Shown: positions 1 through 11,199, numbered from the stretch's first letter. The stretch is 64,000 nucleotides of DNA from Kiritimatiellia bacterium (GCA_040767085.1 JAXGPF010000003.1:64001-128000); one strand, 5' to 3'. Notes: generated by a model not told the origin, from the letters alone. Program-made: numbers and translations.

Positions 1-53
1 CCCTTGGGCAATTGCCCGAACCGGTAATCACCCACAAATTCTGGTGAGGAAAC
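1..53 (+). mobile_element. Right end (tnpA 3' end and IRR) of an ISL3 copy inserted into the next ISL3 copy
   Basis: 1-53 is identical to the last 53 bp of the ISL3 copies (...acccacaaattctggtgaggaaac) and is joined directly to codon 4 of the tnpA that follows. Confidence 0.85.
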
Positions 54-1313
54 AAAACAATTTTGAATCGTTTGCAACCTTTGAAACGTTTTATTTATCA
101 GGAAACTTGTATGGTTTTGGATCGTCGCGGCCAATGGAAAGTGGATATAAGCATTCGTCCGCATCGCCAACGCGCGGCATGCTGCTCGCGTTGCGGGCGA
201 CCGCTGGCGACATACGACACTCTGCCTGAACGGATATGGGCGTTTGTGCCCATTTTGAATGTGCCGGCTTTTTTGCATTATAGTCCGCGCCGGGTAAATT
301 GCCCCGAACATGGCGTGGTGGTGGAAGCGCTGCCTTGGAGCGATGGCAAACGACCCTACAGCAAGGCGCTGATGCTTTTTTTGGGGAACTGGGCGCGGAG
401 GTTGTCCTGGAAAGAGACGGCGCTGATTTTCAAAGTCAGTTGGCAGGCGGTTTATCGGTCGGTCGAGTGGATGGTGGAATGGGGCTTGGCGCACCGGGAA
501 TTGGCCAATATAACGGCGATTGGTGTTGATGAACTCCACGTAGGCAACGGTAAAAAGAGCAAGAACTATCTGACCTTGATCTATCAGATTGATGCGCAAT
601 GCCGCCGATTGCTCTGGGTCGGCCAAACCCGCCGGGCGGCCGCGCTGCGTAAAGGGTTGCAATCTTTGGGAAAACCCGTGCTGGCCGGCATTCGACATAT
701 ATGTAGCGATATGTGGCGACCTTATCTGAAAGTCATTGCTGCGAGCCTCAGCCACGGTTGCCACATGATTGACCGCTTCCATGTCGTGCAAACCTTGAAT
801 GCCGCCGTGGACGAGGTCCGGCGCCGGGATATGGCGGCGATGACAGCGCGTCCGGCGGCCAAGCAAAAACTCAAGAAAATGCGCTGGACCTTGCTGCGCC
901 GCAAAACCCGCGTGCGCGGCAAAGCTCGCGAAATGCTTGATCGGATATTGGGCACAAGACTGCAAACCGGCCGCGCCTATTTGTTCAAGGAAAGCTTTCA
1001 GCATTTTTGGAGCTATCACAGCCCAACCTGGGCGCGTAATTATCTCCAGGCATGGGTCAAGCGCGCCTGTCGTAGCCGCATTGCGCCAATCATTAAGGCG
1101 GCTAAAACCATTGCTAAACACGAGGAGCTGCTTTTGAACTGGATCAGAGCCAGAAACGAGGTTTTTACTGGCGCAACCGAGGGCTTGAACAATAAAGCTC
1201 GAGTGGTTACCAAACGATCTTATGGCTTCAGAACTTTTCATGGCGCGGAAATGGCGCTATATCATACCCTTGGGCAATTGCCCGAACCGGTAATCACCCA
1301 CAAATTCTGGTGA
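54..1313 (+). pseudogene. tnpA: ISL3 transposase separated from its first 3 codons and promoter
   Basis: Zn-finger CxxC, IGVDE, CSDMW..Y, DRFHV and EGLNNK motifs; the GTG AAA CTT start seen in copy 2 is replaced by an IRR. Confidence 0.85.
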
Positions 1314-1319
1314 GGAAAC
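54..1319 (+). mobile_element. ISL3-family IS, copy 1, lacking its left end in this window
   Basis: Appears identical to 21730-22995; IRR ends at 1319, followed by AT-rich atatttat (probable TSD). Confidence 0.9.
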
Positions 1320-1365
1320 ATATTTATGTTTTTGATTAAATACGCGGATAGGTGTCCCGGCCTAA

Positions 1366-2283
1366 ATGCCATCGACGACCATGAAGCATTCCGGCATGAC
1401 AGCGCAAGAGCGGCAGGTATGGGCGCGGCTGGCGCGCGAACCGCAGGAAAATTATTACGACGGCTTGCGAACCTTTAACCTGCCCCGCCCCGACAATATA
1501 ATTTTGTTCGGCCGCGGCAGCCACAGGCAATCTTATTACGCCGTGCACCATCGGCATGTCCTGGTTTTCAATCTCGGCATGGATGGCGCCTTCTACATCA
1601 ACCACGAACTGGTGCCGTTCCCGGAAAACTCCCTGCTATTGATCTGCCCGTTTCAATACCATTACGTTGAGTCCTCCGCCCGGAAACTCGCATGGCTATA
1701 CATCACCTTCGAAATGCCGGAGAATCCATCCCTGGCCGGAATGCACGCTCAACCGCGCCGGATAACCGGCCCGATCCGGCAACGGATGCTCGATTGCCTG
1801 GTAACTTATTTTGCGCGGCGGCCGGACACCGAGCGGGCCAACGAACTGGCCTTGCGCCTGGGATTGCTGCTCAATATCCTGCCGCATGCGCCGGCCGTTT
1901 GCCGGCCCAACCGCCTGGCCGGCCGGCGCGTGATAACGCTTCATCACTATCAACACAGCCAGATGATCAGCAAACTGAACCAGTACATCCTGGCGCATTT
2001 TTCCGGCAGGTTGACGGCGCCGACATTAGCCGCAGCGGTGGGATTCTCGGCCAGCCACCTGCGGCTGGTATTCCGCCGGCAGATGCATATCAGTCTGGGC
2101 CGCTACATCCGTCTGGTCCGCATCCAACACGCCACGGAAATGCTCAAAAACAGCACACAAAGCATCAAGGAAATCGCCGCGGCCGCTGGTTTTACATCCC
2201 TGTCATCGTTCGATCAGACTTTCCGCCGCGAAATCAAAACCACACCGGCGGCATATCGCGCGCAAGGCCGGCGCAATCAATGA
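1366..2283 (+). CDS. AraC-family transcriptional regulator
   Basis: N-terminal cupin-like domain; C-terminal double HTH (SIKEIAAAAGFTSLSSFDQTFRR...TPAAYR). Confidence 0.95.
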   Translation: MPSTTMKHSGMTAQERQVWARLAREPQENYYDGLRTFNLPRPDNIILFGRGSHRQSYYAVHHRHVLVFNLGMDGAFYINHELVPFPENSLLLICPFQYHYVESSARKLAWLYITFEMPENPSLAGMHAQPRRITGPIRQRMLDCLVTYFARRPDTERANELALRLGLLLNILPHAPAVCRPNRLAGRRVITLHHYQHSQMISKLNQYILAHFSGRLTAPTLAAAVGFSASHLRLVFRRQMHISLGRYIRLVRIQHATEMLKNSTQSIKEIAAAAGFTSLSSFDQTFRREIKTTPAAYRAQGRRNQ

Positions 2284-2361
2284 GCGCGCCCAGGATTGTT
2301 TCCGCGAATTACCACAGGCTGCCGCACCCGGAACATGACGCGCTGAAGATTGACCACCGTT

Positions 2362-2720
2362 TCAACCGGCCGGTCGTTCCAGCATAAGATTTTCTTGTAT
2401 ATACACTGCCTGCTGGGATTCCCGCAAAAACACATTTCGCGACTCAGGCTTCGTGCCCGGCAGGGCGGCCTCGCCAACAATCGCGCCCTGGCTGGTGTTG
2501 ACCAGGATGGCGCCCGGCGGCATGCGGACGAATGCCGAAGCGCCGATCATGCCCCTGGTCGTATCATCCAGATGCACATGCACGGAAATCACGTCCGCTG
2601 CGCGCAAGACGGCCTCGAAATCCACCATGGCCACGCCGGCGGGCGGGACTACCGGGCGGACATCGCAGGCCAGCACGCGCATGCGGAATGCCAGGCCGTA
2701 TTCCGCCACAATGACGCTCA
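2362..2720 (-). pseudogene. Fragment of a D-isomer-specific 2-hydroxyacid dehydrogenase (NAD-binding part)
   Basis: AFRMRVLACD...ADVISVHVHLDDTTRGMIG...GAILVNTSQGAIV; both ends missing. Confidence 0.75.
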
Positions 2721-2783
2721 TCCGGCTCCGTGGTGAAAATATCCGCGGCCCACCTATCTCATCATCTTGCAATTGGCATACAA

Positions 2784-5489
2784 TCATGGCCGCCAGCATA
2801 ACCGCACCGGACCGGACAATCCGCTCGGCAGACTGTCTTCTTCGAATATGCGCTGGCGTTCGTCATACGGAAATTTTATATCCGGCCATTCCCGGCCGCA
2901 GCGCTCCCGCCATTTTTCCCGCACGCCTTCGCGCAGGATGGCATTGGCCAGCGAATTGGTGACGGTCAGGCCAAGCACATTGCGGCCCGTCCGCAGCGCG
3001 CCGGTGACATCCACCGCAAACGGTTGCCAGATCACGGCGCCAACCGCGACGCCGTTTAACGCCACGGATGCGGCATATCGCACCTGCCCCAGATCGAGGA
3101 TATAACGCCCGGGCCGGACTTCCCGCAAATCGAATTCCACGCGGTATTCCGCATCGCCGCTGAAATCGCCGCCAAGCAGTCCGCGCCAGTCGCCCAACCT
3201 TACCGGGGCAAAATTTGCAACCGGCAAAGCGCTGATTTCAAAATTCTTTTCTCCGACCGCATACCGGCGGAGCGGCCGGATCTGCCAGCCGTCGGTCAGG
3301 TTGAGAATTTCGCCGCCGGCGCCGGGAACGCCGCCGGCAACCGGATGAAACTCATCCGGATTTTCGGTAAAAACGATCGCTTTGGACGCCCAAGGCGCGA
3401 AATGCAGGTGCAAATTCCCGGGCTCGTCATTCCGGCAGTCCAGCCGCGCAAACGAATTATCGGTTGCATCATACGACAATGCAGACGCATTTTCCGGAAA
3501 CCGGAACTCGCCGGCGACCTCGCGGTTTTCCGCATTGGCCAGGAAATAGATGCAGGCGTTGGCGCACACGCGCTTGCAGACGCGCAGGCCGGGTTGCGGC
3601 GGATTGATCCTGACCAACGGCTCGACCGATTGGAATAGCTTGTCAATCTCCTCCGCCAGCATCTGTCCCGCCGCCGGATTGACTGCCGGCCCGCCGGATG
3701 TGATTTTTCCGGCCGTCAACTGCGCCAGGGTGATCCGCCCGCCATCCGCGGCCGGCATACCCCCGGCGGCAATCAGGCGTCCGCCGCCTTCAACAAAACC
3801 GGCCAGGCATTGCAACGCTGACTTGGTCAGCCACTCGGCCTTCTGGACAATAATCGTGGAATAGGACGCCGCGCCGGCCCGCAGGCAACCCTTGTCAATA
3901 TTTTCCGGGATCAACAGGTCGTCATCCACAAAATCGAAATCGCATTGATGTTCCAGCAACTCCACGGCCACCTGGTCATGCATGGCAATGGCGCGCGCGC
4001 GATAGTCCCCGCCGGCCCAGACATCGCGGATGGGGCAATAAACCGCCGTGTTACAAGCGCTCCGGCCCCGGCTGAGCAGGTATCCAAGCCGCGCAACATA
4101 CTCATGGAAAGGCTTGAGATATTTCCAAAACGGGTTGACCGGCCCAAAAAACGGGCGGGCAAACGCCATGAAGTGATCGCGGGTGGCATAGGCGTAATGG
4201 CCGAACACAAAGATATTTACGCCCAGCGCCAGTTGTTGATCCACAATCCATTTCATTTCCGCGGGCGTCAGGCCATTGCCGTAAACCATGAACGATTCCG
4301 ACAGGACCAGGTCCGGCCCCTTTTTTTGCCGGGCCACGGATTGGGCGTATTTCGGGAAGACCGGCAGTGCGGGATTGCCGGGAAAAACCTGCCGCCAGAT
4401 GGCGTCAATCCCCGGCAAGTCCAGTTCGCGCAGCGCGCGCAAAACGTGTCCGAAGCCGCCGTCCGCATTGTAGCGCAGCTCGTCCTCGCCGCCCATGTGC
4501 CCGCCGGAAAGCAGGCCGTGCGCCCGGCACCAGTCCCGCAGCGGACGCAGGTAGCGCGCGGCAAACAGCTTGGACCAGACGTCGTAAAAATCCAGCAGGA
4601 CCCTGGTCGTGTCAATGTCGCGATTTTGCTCGAACAAGCACGGGAGATGTGGGATTAGATCATAACCCTTATCCCGCCGGAACGCCTGCGGCAGGTCCGC
4701 GGACCACGTCAACTGCCCCGGTGCGGAAACTGGCGCGGGATGGGTTCCCTCCGCGGCCGGTTCGTCCGTGAAAGCGAACTTGATGTTGCCGCCGAACCGA
4801 TCACCGACATGGCGGGCATAATTTTCATGGGTCAATTCGATAAACGTTTGCGTCGCGGCCAGGCATAACGGATCCGCCCGCGGCGGAAGGTAGGCCCGGC
4901 CGTCCCTGATCTTGAATATTCTGAGCGTCATGTCCGGCCCGGCGGCGGTGACTTCCGCGCCCGGCGCCAGGATTTGGACAATGCCGGCGGCGTTCCTGAG
5001 CGCGCCGATGAGGGCTTCCGGATCAACGCGATAATTTTTACCGGACTCAAGCTTGATTTCATCAAATCCGACGCGTTTGCGGCCAAATTCCCGCGGATTG
5101 CGCGCGTGGACCCGGCCGGCGGCGCTGCCGGAGGGCCAGGCGGCCTCGTCATACAGGTAAAAATGCATGCCTAGCGCAGCGCATTCCTCCACAATCCGGC
5201 GGATCAGCCGGAAATATTCATCGCTGAGATATGGCGGCGACATGGCATTCGCCATGGTTTCGGGGCAAAACTCGGGCGGCATCGGATGGATGCAGACGGA
5301 ACGCAGGCCGCGGGCATGCATATCGCGCAATTGTGCGAGCAGGACGCGCTCCTCCAAGGCGTCGTTCAGCGACCAGAAATACGCCGGGCTGAATTCCGGC
5401 GGCGGCTGCGTCAATGCGCCGGCCTTCAGATATCCGCCCTGCCCGCCGCCCGGCGCCATCGTTACTTCACGCGTCATAATATTTTCCAT
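2784..5489 (-). CDS. Glycoside hydrolase, GH106 alpha-L-rhamnosidase-like
   Basis: PAYFWSLN, YLYDEAAWPSGSAAG, FTDEP, PGIDAIWRQ; C-terminal GH2-type sugar-binding domain (LDLGQV...SGLSGPV). Confidence 0.8.
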   Translation of the reverse strand: MENIMTREVTMAPGGGQGGYLKAGALTQPPPEFSPAYFWSLNDALEERVLLAQLRDMHARGLRSVCIHPMPPEFCPETMANAMSPPYLSDEYFRLIRRIVEECAALGMHFYLYDEAAWPSGSAAGRVHARNPREFGRKRVGFDEIKLESGKNYRVDPEALIGALRNAAGIVQILAPGAEVTAAGPDMTLRIFKIRDGRAYLPPRADPLCLAATQTFIELTHENYARHVGDRFGGNIKFAFTDEPAAEGTHPAPVSAPGQLTWSADLPQAFRRDKGYDLIPHLPCLFEQNRDIDTTRVLLDFYDVWSKLFAARYLRPLRDWCRAHGLLSGGHMGGEDELRYNADGGFGHVLRALRELDLPGIDAIWRQVFPGNPALPVFPKYAQSVARQKKGPDLVLSESFMVYGNGLTPAEMKWIVDQQLALGVNIFVFGHYAYATRDHFMAFARPFFGPVNPFWKYLKPFHEYVARLGYLLSRGRSACNTAVYCPIRDVWAGGDYRARAIAMHDQVAVELLEHQCDFDFVDDDLLIPENIDKGCLRAGAASYSTIIVQKAEWLTKSALQCLAGFVEGGGRLIAAGGMPAADGGRITLAQLTAGKITSGGPAVNPAAGQMLAEEIDKLFQSVEPLVRINPPQPGLRVCKRVCANACIYFLANAENREVAGEFRFPENASALSYDATDNSFARLDCRNDEPGNLHLHFAPWASKAIVFTENPDEFHPVAGGVPGAGGEILNLTDGWQIRPLRRYAVGEKNFEISALPVANFAPVRLGDWRGLLGGDFSGDAEYRVEFDLREVRPGRYILDLGQVRYAASVALNGVAVGAVIWQPFAVDVTGALRTGRNVLGLTVTNSLANAILREGVREKWRERCGREWPDIKFPYDERQRIFEEDSLPSGLSGPVRLCWRP

Positions 5490-6739
5490 TACTCCTCGAA
5501 CATATGCTGGTATCGCCCCTGCCAGTAAGCCCAGAGCCAGTTGGCAATGGAGTCGCCGCTCAGGAACCGCGTCAGGAACCTTTGATGCGGGGCAAATCTT
5601 TCCGGATTGTCATAATAAGTCATGCCGTCCACATCAATTTTTTCAAGCACATTGGTGACGGCGGGGAGGATGTCCCCGCGGGCCGGGAAGTGTTTTGCGG
5701 CCATGACCGCGCCCCGGGCCACCATGGTGCTCCAGCCCGACTCGCAGCCGGGCGGCCCGTCGTCCTTGCCATAACCGGCCGGCCGGCGCGTTTCCCCGGT
5801 TGCCGGATCAACGAGCAAATGGACGTAATATTTCCCATTAGGCGCCAGCGTAATTTTCGCCTCCTCCCACATGGCGGCGATGCCTTGCTCCCACTTGCCG
5901 CGCAGGGGGTTGCCTGGATCGCAGCGGATGAGGCAGTCGAAATTCATGACATCCATCGTGAGGCCGTCGGCCATGGCGGCCACGAGCAACGCGCGCTGCC
6001 GGGTTTCATATTTTGACCAGGGAGTGATTCCGCTTTTTTTCCTTTTTAACTGGGCGAATTCCGGTTCCGCGCTGACGCCCAGTCCGAGGAGCCGCGCGTA
6101 TTCCCTTTTGAACAGGGCATCGCCGGAATGCTTGTAAGCCTGGCACAGCAGCGGCGGGAAGCGCGTCAGCGGCCAATGTTTCTCCGGCTCGCCCAGGTAG
6201 GGGTAAATGTAATTACGCTTGACCCAGAAATGCGCCATTTTCGGGATCATGGCGTCAATTTCGTTTTTTTGTTCACGCGCCGCGAATTCATAAAAATGAT
6301 CCAGCGCCAGCACGGCGTAGATCACCTGGTCGGTGCTGGTCTCGCGGGACGAGCGGTTGTAGATTTTCGGAAAAAAACCTTCCTCCAGCGCCCGGCCCAT
6401 CTCGTAGATATGCCGCAGCGCCTGGTAGCCGCGCGCCATTTTTTCCCGGACATGCGGCGCATGCTCCACGCGGTATTGGAAACAAAGCGACTGCAGATAC
6501 GCCCCTGTGCACATGCCGCAGTTTTCATAGGCGGCATGCTCGCTCCGGGTATAATACCCATCCACGCAGCCATCCCGCCAACTCATGCCCGGCCGATATG
6601 CCGGAAAAAAATCCTCCCGGGGCGGGCGCAGGGTGTCTTTATCCAGCCAGGTAAAGACGACCTGGCGGCTGTCCAGAAAATGCCGGACGAGAAATTCCTC
6701 CACCAAGCCGGCCTTGGCGCGTAAAGATGTTTGAACCAT
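5489..6739 (-). CDS. Hypothetical cytoplasmic protein, probable (alpha/alpha) barrel; paralog of 16473-17744
   Basis: Shared motifs YENCGMxTGAYLQ, LEEGFFPKIY, TSTDQV, SGDxxANWLWAYWQGR; start set at MVQTSL after a purine-rich RBS. Confidence 0.75.
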   Translation of the reverse strand: MVQTSLRAKAGLVEEFLVRHFLDSRQVVFTWLDKDTLRPPREDFFPAYRPGMSWRDGCVDGYYTRSEHAAYENCGMCTGAYLQSLCFQYRVEHAPHVREKMARGYQALRHIYEMGRALEEGFFPKIYNRSSRETSTDQVIYAVLALDHFYEFAAREQKNEIDAMIPKMAHFWVKRNYIYPYLGEPEKHWPLTRFPPLLCQAYKHSGDALFKREYARLLGLGVSAEPEFAQLKRKKSGITPWSKYETRQRALLVAAMADGLTMDVMNFDCLIRCDPGNPLRGKWEQGIAAMWEEAKITLAPNGKYYVHLLVDPATGETRRPAGYGKDDGPPGCESGWSTMVARGAVMAAKHFPARGDILPAVTNVLEKIDVDGMTYYDNPERFAPHQRFLTRFLSGDSIANWLWAYWQGRYQHMFEE

Positions 6740-6813
6740 ATTTTCCCCATCCCCCGCTCCGCCGGTTTGGCGGGGACCATGCCGGCAAATGCGCCGCCCC
6801 GGCCGCTTGCCAT

Positions 6814-7608
6814 TCAAGGCGCCGGAGCGGCATGCCGCCGGATAAATCCGACAATCGGCCCCGGATCATCCAATCCATGCGGATGATGCCGGCAACCGGG
6901 CTTGGCGATTAATTCAATATCGCCGCCCAAGGCCCGGTAACGTTCGGCCACAACGCCGGTGTTTTCTTCCCAGGGCACCACTTCGTCGGCATCGCCATAA
7001 ATATGCAGGATCGGAATGGACGCCGCCGCCAAAGGCGCAAGGTTGTCCACCGGATTCAGCTTGCAGGCCATGGCCTCGGCCTCGGACGCAAATTTGTAAA
7101 CAGCCATCAATTTCCGCCAGTTTTCAGGCGAGCCCGGCCCCTTGCCCTTGCCGCCCGGCCAACTGCGCATGTCGCACACCGGCGCATCGCCGAAGAGGCA
7201 GGCCACCCGGCCGGGATGCCTGGCCGCCCAATTATAGCAATACAGGCCGCCGCGGCTCAGTCCGATCAGGGCCGGCTTGTCGGCAAAGCCATATCTGCCG
7301 GTCAATAAATCGTAAAACTCATCCCATTTCAGCATGGCGGCGGGACCGCCGAACTGGTCGGGAAATTGCAGATAAGCGATATGAAATCCTGCCGCGAGCA
7401 AAGCCAGTTCCGTTCCCGGGAAGGAATCGAGAAACTCCCCCTTCCACGCCCAGGGGCGGCCGGGCAATTCGCGCCGCGGGGATATCACCGCCGCCGGCTT
7501 CCCCGCCGCCGTGAACACATGCTTTTGGTAACCTTCAAACCAGGCCGATGTTTCGCCGGGCAAATTCAAACCAGACACAGGTTTCATCTCCACGGTTTTA
7601 GACTTCAT
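6814..7608 (-). CDS. Alpha/beta hydrolase (esterase, S9-like)
   Basis: GLSRGG nucleophile elbow, GDADEVVP, HHPHG. Confidence 0.85.
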   Translation of the reverse strand: MKSKTVEMKPVSGLNLPGETSAWFEGYQKHVFTAAGKPAAVISPRRELPGRPWAWKGEFLDSFPGTELALLAAGFHIAYLQFPDQFGGPAAMLKWDEFYDLLTGRYGFADKPALIGLSRGGLYCYNWAARHPGRVACLFGDAPVCDMRSWPGGKGKGPGSPENWRKLMAVYKFASEAEAMACKLNPVDNLAPLAAASIPILHIYGDADEVVPWEENTGVVAERYRALGGDIELIAKPGCRHHPHGLDDPGPIVGFIRRHAAPAP

Positions 7609-7635
7609 GTTTCCAACTTCTGCTTGTTCCGCCGG

Positions 7636-8814
7636 TTAACGGCATCTCGGGTATCTTTCAATCAATTGCGCGCTCAGCATCAGGCTCCGGACCACATGGT
7701 AGCATGCCAGATAATTATTCCCCTTGCAATCGTTGGTGACATTCCCGCGCCGGTCGAGGTAGCCGAACCAGCCGCCATAGCGGCGATCCGGAAAATGCGC
7801 GAAGGTGTAATCATGGACTTTCGCCAGCCATTGCAGCCAGCGGGGGCGGCCCGTCAAGCGATACGCCAGCAATACGGCGTAAATCGCCTCGACATGCGGC
7901 CACCATAGTTTCATATCCGCTTCCAGGGGGATGGTGGGTTTCCCGGCCACATCCATGAAATAAAACAAGCCGCCGTATTTCTTATCCCAGCCGAATTCCA
8001 ACGAGCCTTCGATCGCATCCAACGCGATTTGACGCTGGCGCGCATTGGGGCAATGCTCCAGCATGCGCAGCAGGAACCAGGCAGTTTCGATGGAATGGCC
8101 CGGATTAAAAAACCGGCCTTCGGGCGAATCGTCCCGGCGGCGGCGCCGGTCCAGCGCGACATTTTCGCGCAACAGCCTCAGCCGCGGGTCATAATGCCGG
8201 AGCACCCCGGCAATGGCATCGCGGATGATGCGCAAATACGCGGGATCCTGCCTGTCGCGCAGCAATTCCAGCGCCATGTTAGCCAGCACCATGCAGTTGG
8301 CCAGGTTGCTGAACGGCGGCTGACCCGCCAGCGGCGCGCGCCCCAGCAATTCCGGCCTGGCAATCCAGCGGCCCAAGTTGTCAAACATTTCCAGCGCCTC
8401 GGCCCGGCAGGCATCATCCCCCGTCGCGCGGGCGAATTCCCACAAGCCCAGCATGTAAAACACGCCCGCAAACGGCTTGCGCTGGAAAAACACCGGCAGG
8501 CCTTCCCGTGTGACGGAAAAATACACACGGCCGGCCGGATCCCGGCCGTACCGGCGCATGAACTTCACGCCGGCGGCCGCCAGTTTCAGATAGTTTGGGT
8601 TGGCATCCCATTCGTTGTAAAGGCGCGCCAGCAGCCAGATCATCCGCCCCTGGAACCAGATATATTTTTTCGTGTCGTAAACTTCACCTGTGCGCGTCAG
8701 GCAGGAATAAAATCCGCCATGCTTCCGGTCCGGTGAATATTTCAGCCAGAACGGCAGCACATCCTGCTCCAGGTTGCGCCGGTAGATGCGTCCGTATTGC
8801 GCCAGGGTTTTCAT
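7636..8814 (-). CDS. AGE-family N-acylglucosamine 2-epimerase
   Basis: LPFW...DRKHGGFYSCL, KYIWFQGR, NPGHSIETAW, MKLWWPHVEA, YHVVRSL. Confidence 0.9.
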   Translation of the reverse strand: MKTLAQYGRIYRRNLEQDVLPFWLKYSPDRKHGGFYSCLTRTGEVYDTKKYIWFQGRMIWLLARLYNEWDANPNYLKLAAAGVKFMRRYGRDPAGRVYFSVTREGLPVFFQRKPFAGVFYMLGLWEFARATGDDACRAEALEMFDNLGRWIARPELLGRAPLAGQPPFSNLANCMVLANMALELLRDRQDPAYLRIIRDAIAGVLRHYDPRLRLLRENVALDRRRRRDDSPEGRFFNPGHSIETAWFLLRMLEHCPNARQRQIALDAIEGSLEFGWDKKYGGLFYFMDVAGKPTIPLEADMKLWWPHVEAIYAVLLAYRLTGRPRWLQWLAKVHDYTFAHFPDRRYGGWFGYLDRRGNVTNDCKGNNYLACYHVVRSLMLSAQLIERYPRCR

Positions 8815-9047
8815 GTCTGCTGAATAAAGCAGGGATAAATATTAAGGTTGCCGCGCATGATCAAGGTTTCATCCGGACATTCCGCCGATCCGACCTGCAA
8901 GACCGTTTCCGTCCCGTCATTGGCGCCGATAATCAGGTCGCCCGCCACAGCGCAGACATTGGAAATACCGTCATAATGTACACGGTTCCAGCCGAACGCG
9001 CGGTCGGCTGCCGCCAGCCGCGCCAGCTTGCTGAAGATTGGCCACAC
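8811..9047 (-). pseudogene. Truncated paralog of the 19850-21175 protein
   Basis: ARLAAADRAFGWNRV...LIIGANDGTETVLQVGS...LIMRGNL matches the N-terminus of the 441-aa protein; same position downstream of a beta-helix gene. Confidence 0.85.
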
Positions 9048-9108
9048 CGGAGCGGCTGCAAATTCAGCCCCATTAACCGCGGGAACGGCGTTACACGCCC
9101 GCGATCCC

Positions 9109-11061
9109 TTAATGGAGCGAAAACATCACCCCTTGGGGCAAGTATTCGTAACACCCCATGTCCGCCTGCCGGGAAAACCGGTCCCGGCGCGGTCGGCCAT
9201 CCAGGTCCATGGCGCCGGGCTCCAACATCCACGGCAGGTTGGTCCCGGCATTGATCCCGGCCGAACCGCCGGCTAAGCGCCAGTTTTCACCGGCAATCCC
9301 GACAAACGACGGCGGATTCGTGATGTTGCCCCGGGCGCCGCCGAAATCGCGCGGACTGCAGCAGTAATGCACCGAATTGCTCTGCGCGGCTAAATCGTCG
9401 ATCCAAGCATACATCCCGAGATCGCGCTCCTGTTCCGGCAAAGTGCCAGACCAACGGTTGGACCAGACCAAACAATTGAAGATGTTATTGGTATTTACCA
9501 CAATGATGCCGGCGCCGCGCTGGAATCCCGGGTCGCCCTGCACTTCATTATCCGTTATCGTACAAGCGCTTATTTCCCCGCCAAAATTGTTATCGGTATA
9601 TATGCCGCCGCCCAAGGCGTTAGTGGCTATATTACCGGAAATCAGGCAATTGCGCACAATGGTGGAGTCCGTGACGCTAAGACCACCGCCGCGATAATAT
9701 GAAAAATTATTCGCAATCCTGCAATTCACCACCACACTGGTGCCATAGGCATGAATTCCGCCACCCAGGCTATTGGTTATAATGTTGCCATGGATGATGC
9801 TGTTTTCCAGCAAGGCGTTGCGCATAATCACGCCGCCGCCGCCAATGCCGCCATTATTCCAATTGCCGCTTATATTTACATCTCTGATAAAAAGCATGTT
9901 TGTGGCCGTCGCAAGGGCGCAAATGCCGCCGCCACCGAAATTGGCGCCCAGATTGACATTATTGCAAACGGCGCCGCCTTCAATAAATCCCGCAGTCATA
10001 TAAACCCCGCCGCCTTCACGGCCGGAGGTATTGGTGACAATTACGCAATTACGCAAGCAATGATTGGTTCCATCATATATAAACACTCCGCCGCCGCTGC
10101 TGGTGTTATATTGAGTTCTTTTTGACACATTATTGCTGATCAAGCAGTCAACCACCACCACGCCGAAATCACTGCCGGGATTGTCAGCATGAATAAAAAT
10201 ACCGCCGCCATTATGTTCAACCGTATTGCCGGTAATCCGGCAATTGGTTATCACGCCGCTCATCCGCGCATATACGCCGCCGCCATTGGTTTTGGCAAAA
10301 TTATTGCTTATATCGCAATTTTCCAGCCAGCCGCCGTTATATAATTTCACGCCCCCAGCGGCGTATTGTCCGCTGTAGGAGCGGTTGTTGTCTATCTCGC
10401 AGTTGACCACCATGCCCGAACTGCCGACCAGCACTCCGCCGCCGCCTTCGCGGTAAGAATTCGTGGAAGGCGGATTGGAAACAATGTTGCCGGCAATCCG
10501 GCAGTTCCAGAGCGACCCGGCAGACATGTACACCCCGCCTCCGCCACGCCCATCGGCTCGGGCGAAAGCAGCGTTGCCGACAACCAGGCAATTGGTCAAC
10601 ATGCCTCCAACCGCCATGTACACACCGCCACCGCGCCCGGCAGATGAGGCGCTGCCGCCGGTTTGCAGGACGCCTTCTTCGCAAAACCCGTTGGTGATGG
10701 TGAATCCATCCACCACGGCGCCGGCATGCGCAAGCCAGAAACAGCGGTTCGTGCCGGCGCCAACCATGATGGTCCCATCCCGGTCAACGGCGCCGTTGTT
10801 CCAACTTCGGATAGTGACCGGCTTGCTGATATTGACCACATCCGCCAGATTGTAAGTGCCATTAGACACCAGGATTGCGTTCACATTTTCCTGCGCCAGC
10901 GCATTGCTGATGCTGGCTTTCGGCTCCGTCCAGTCCAGGCCGGAATTGCCGTCATCCCCGCCGGCCGACGGCATGGCAACGTGATAAACCTCGCCCGTTA
11001 AAACGCCGGTCATCGCCCAGGAACCTGCCAGCAAACAATATAATTTGATTTTCGGATGCAT
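9109..11061 (-). CDS. Secreted right-handed parallel beta-helix protein with choice-of-anchor Q-like C-terminus (paralog A)
   Basis: Signal peptide, repeated N-x-A...GGGVY/NCxIxxN units, C-terminal RL..GS..INAG...DLDG.PR...DMGCYE. Confidence 0.85.
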   Translation of the reverse strand: MHPKIKLYCLLAGSWAMTGVLTGEVYHVAMPSAGGDDGNSGLDWTEPKASISNALAQENVNAILVSNGTYNLADVVNISKPVTIRSWNNGAVDRDGTIMVGAGTNRCFWLAHAGAVVDGFTITNGFCEEGVLQTGGSASSAGRGGGVYMAVGGMLTNCLVVGNAAFARADGRGGGGVYMSAGSLWNCRIAGNIVSNPPSTNSYREGGGGVLVGSSGMVVNCEIDNNRSYSGQYAAGGVKLYNGGWLENCDISNNFAKTNGGGVYARMSGVITNCRITGNTVEHNGGGIFIHADNPGSDFGVVVVDCLISNNVSKRTQYNTSSGGGVFIYDGTNHCLRNCVIVTNTSGREGGGVYMTAGFIEGGAVCNNVNLGANFGGGGICALATATNMLFIRDVNISGNWNNGGIGGGGVIMRNALLENSIIHGNIITNSLGGGIHAYGTSVVVNCRIANNFSYYRGGGLSVTDSTIVRNCLISGNIATNALGGGIYTDNNFGGEISACTITDNEVQGDPGFQRGAGIIVVNTNNIFNCLVWSNRWSGTLPEQERDLGMYAWIDDLAAQSNSVHYCCSPRDFGGARGNITNPPSFVGIAGENWRLAGGSAGINAGTNLPWMLEPGAMDLDGRPRRDRFSRQADMGCYEYLPQGVMFSLH

Positions 11062-11199
11062 GCTTGTACTTCCCCCTTATAATTTTTCCGGTATTTCAAA
11101 ACCCATATCCTGCGTGTTCCGCGTTTTCCGTGCAGGTGTTTGAATATAATTGTGCCTTCGGAAGCGCCAAGCTCCCGCGACAGAATGTTTCATGGATTA

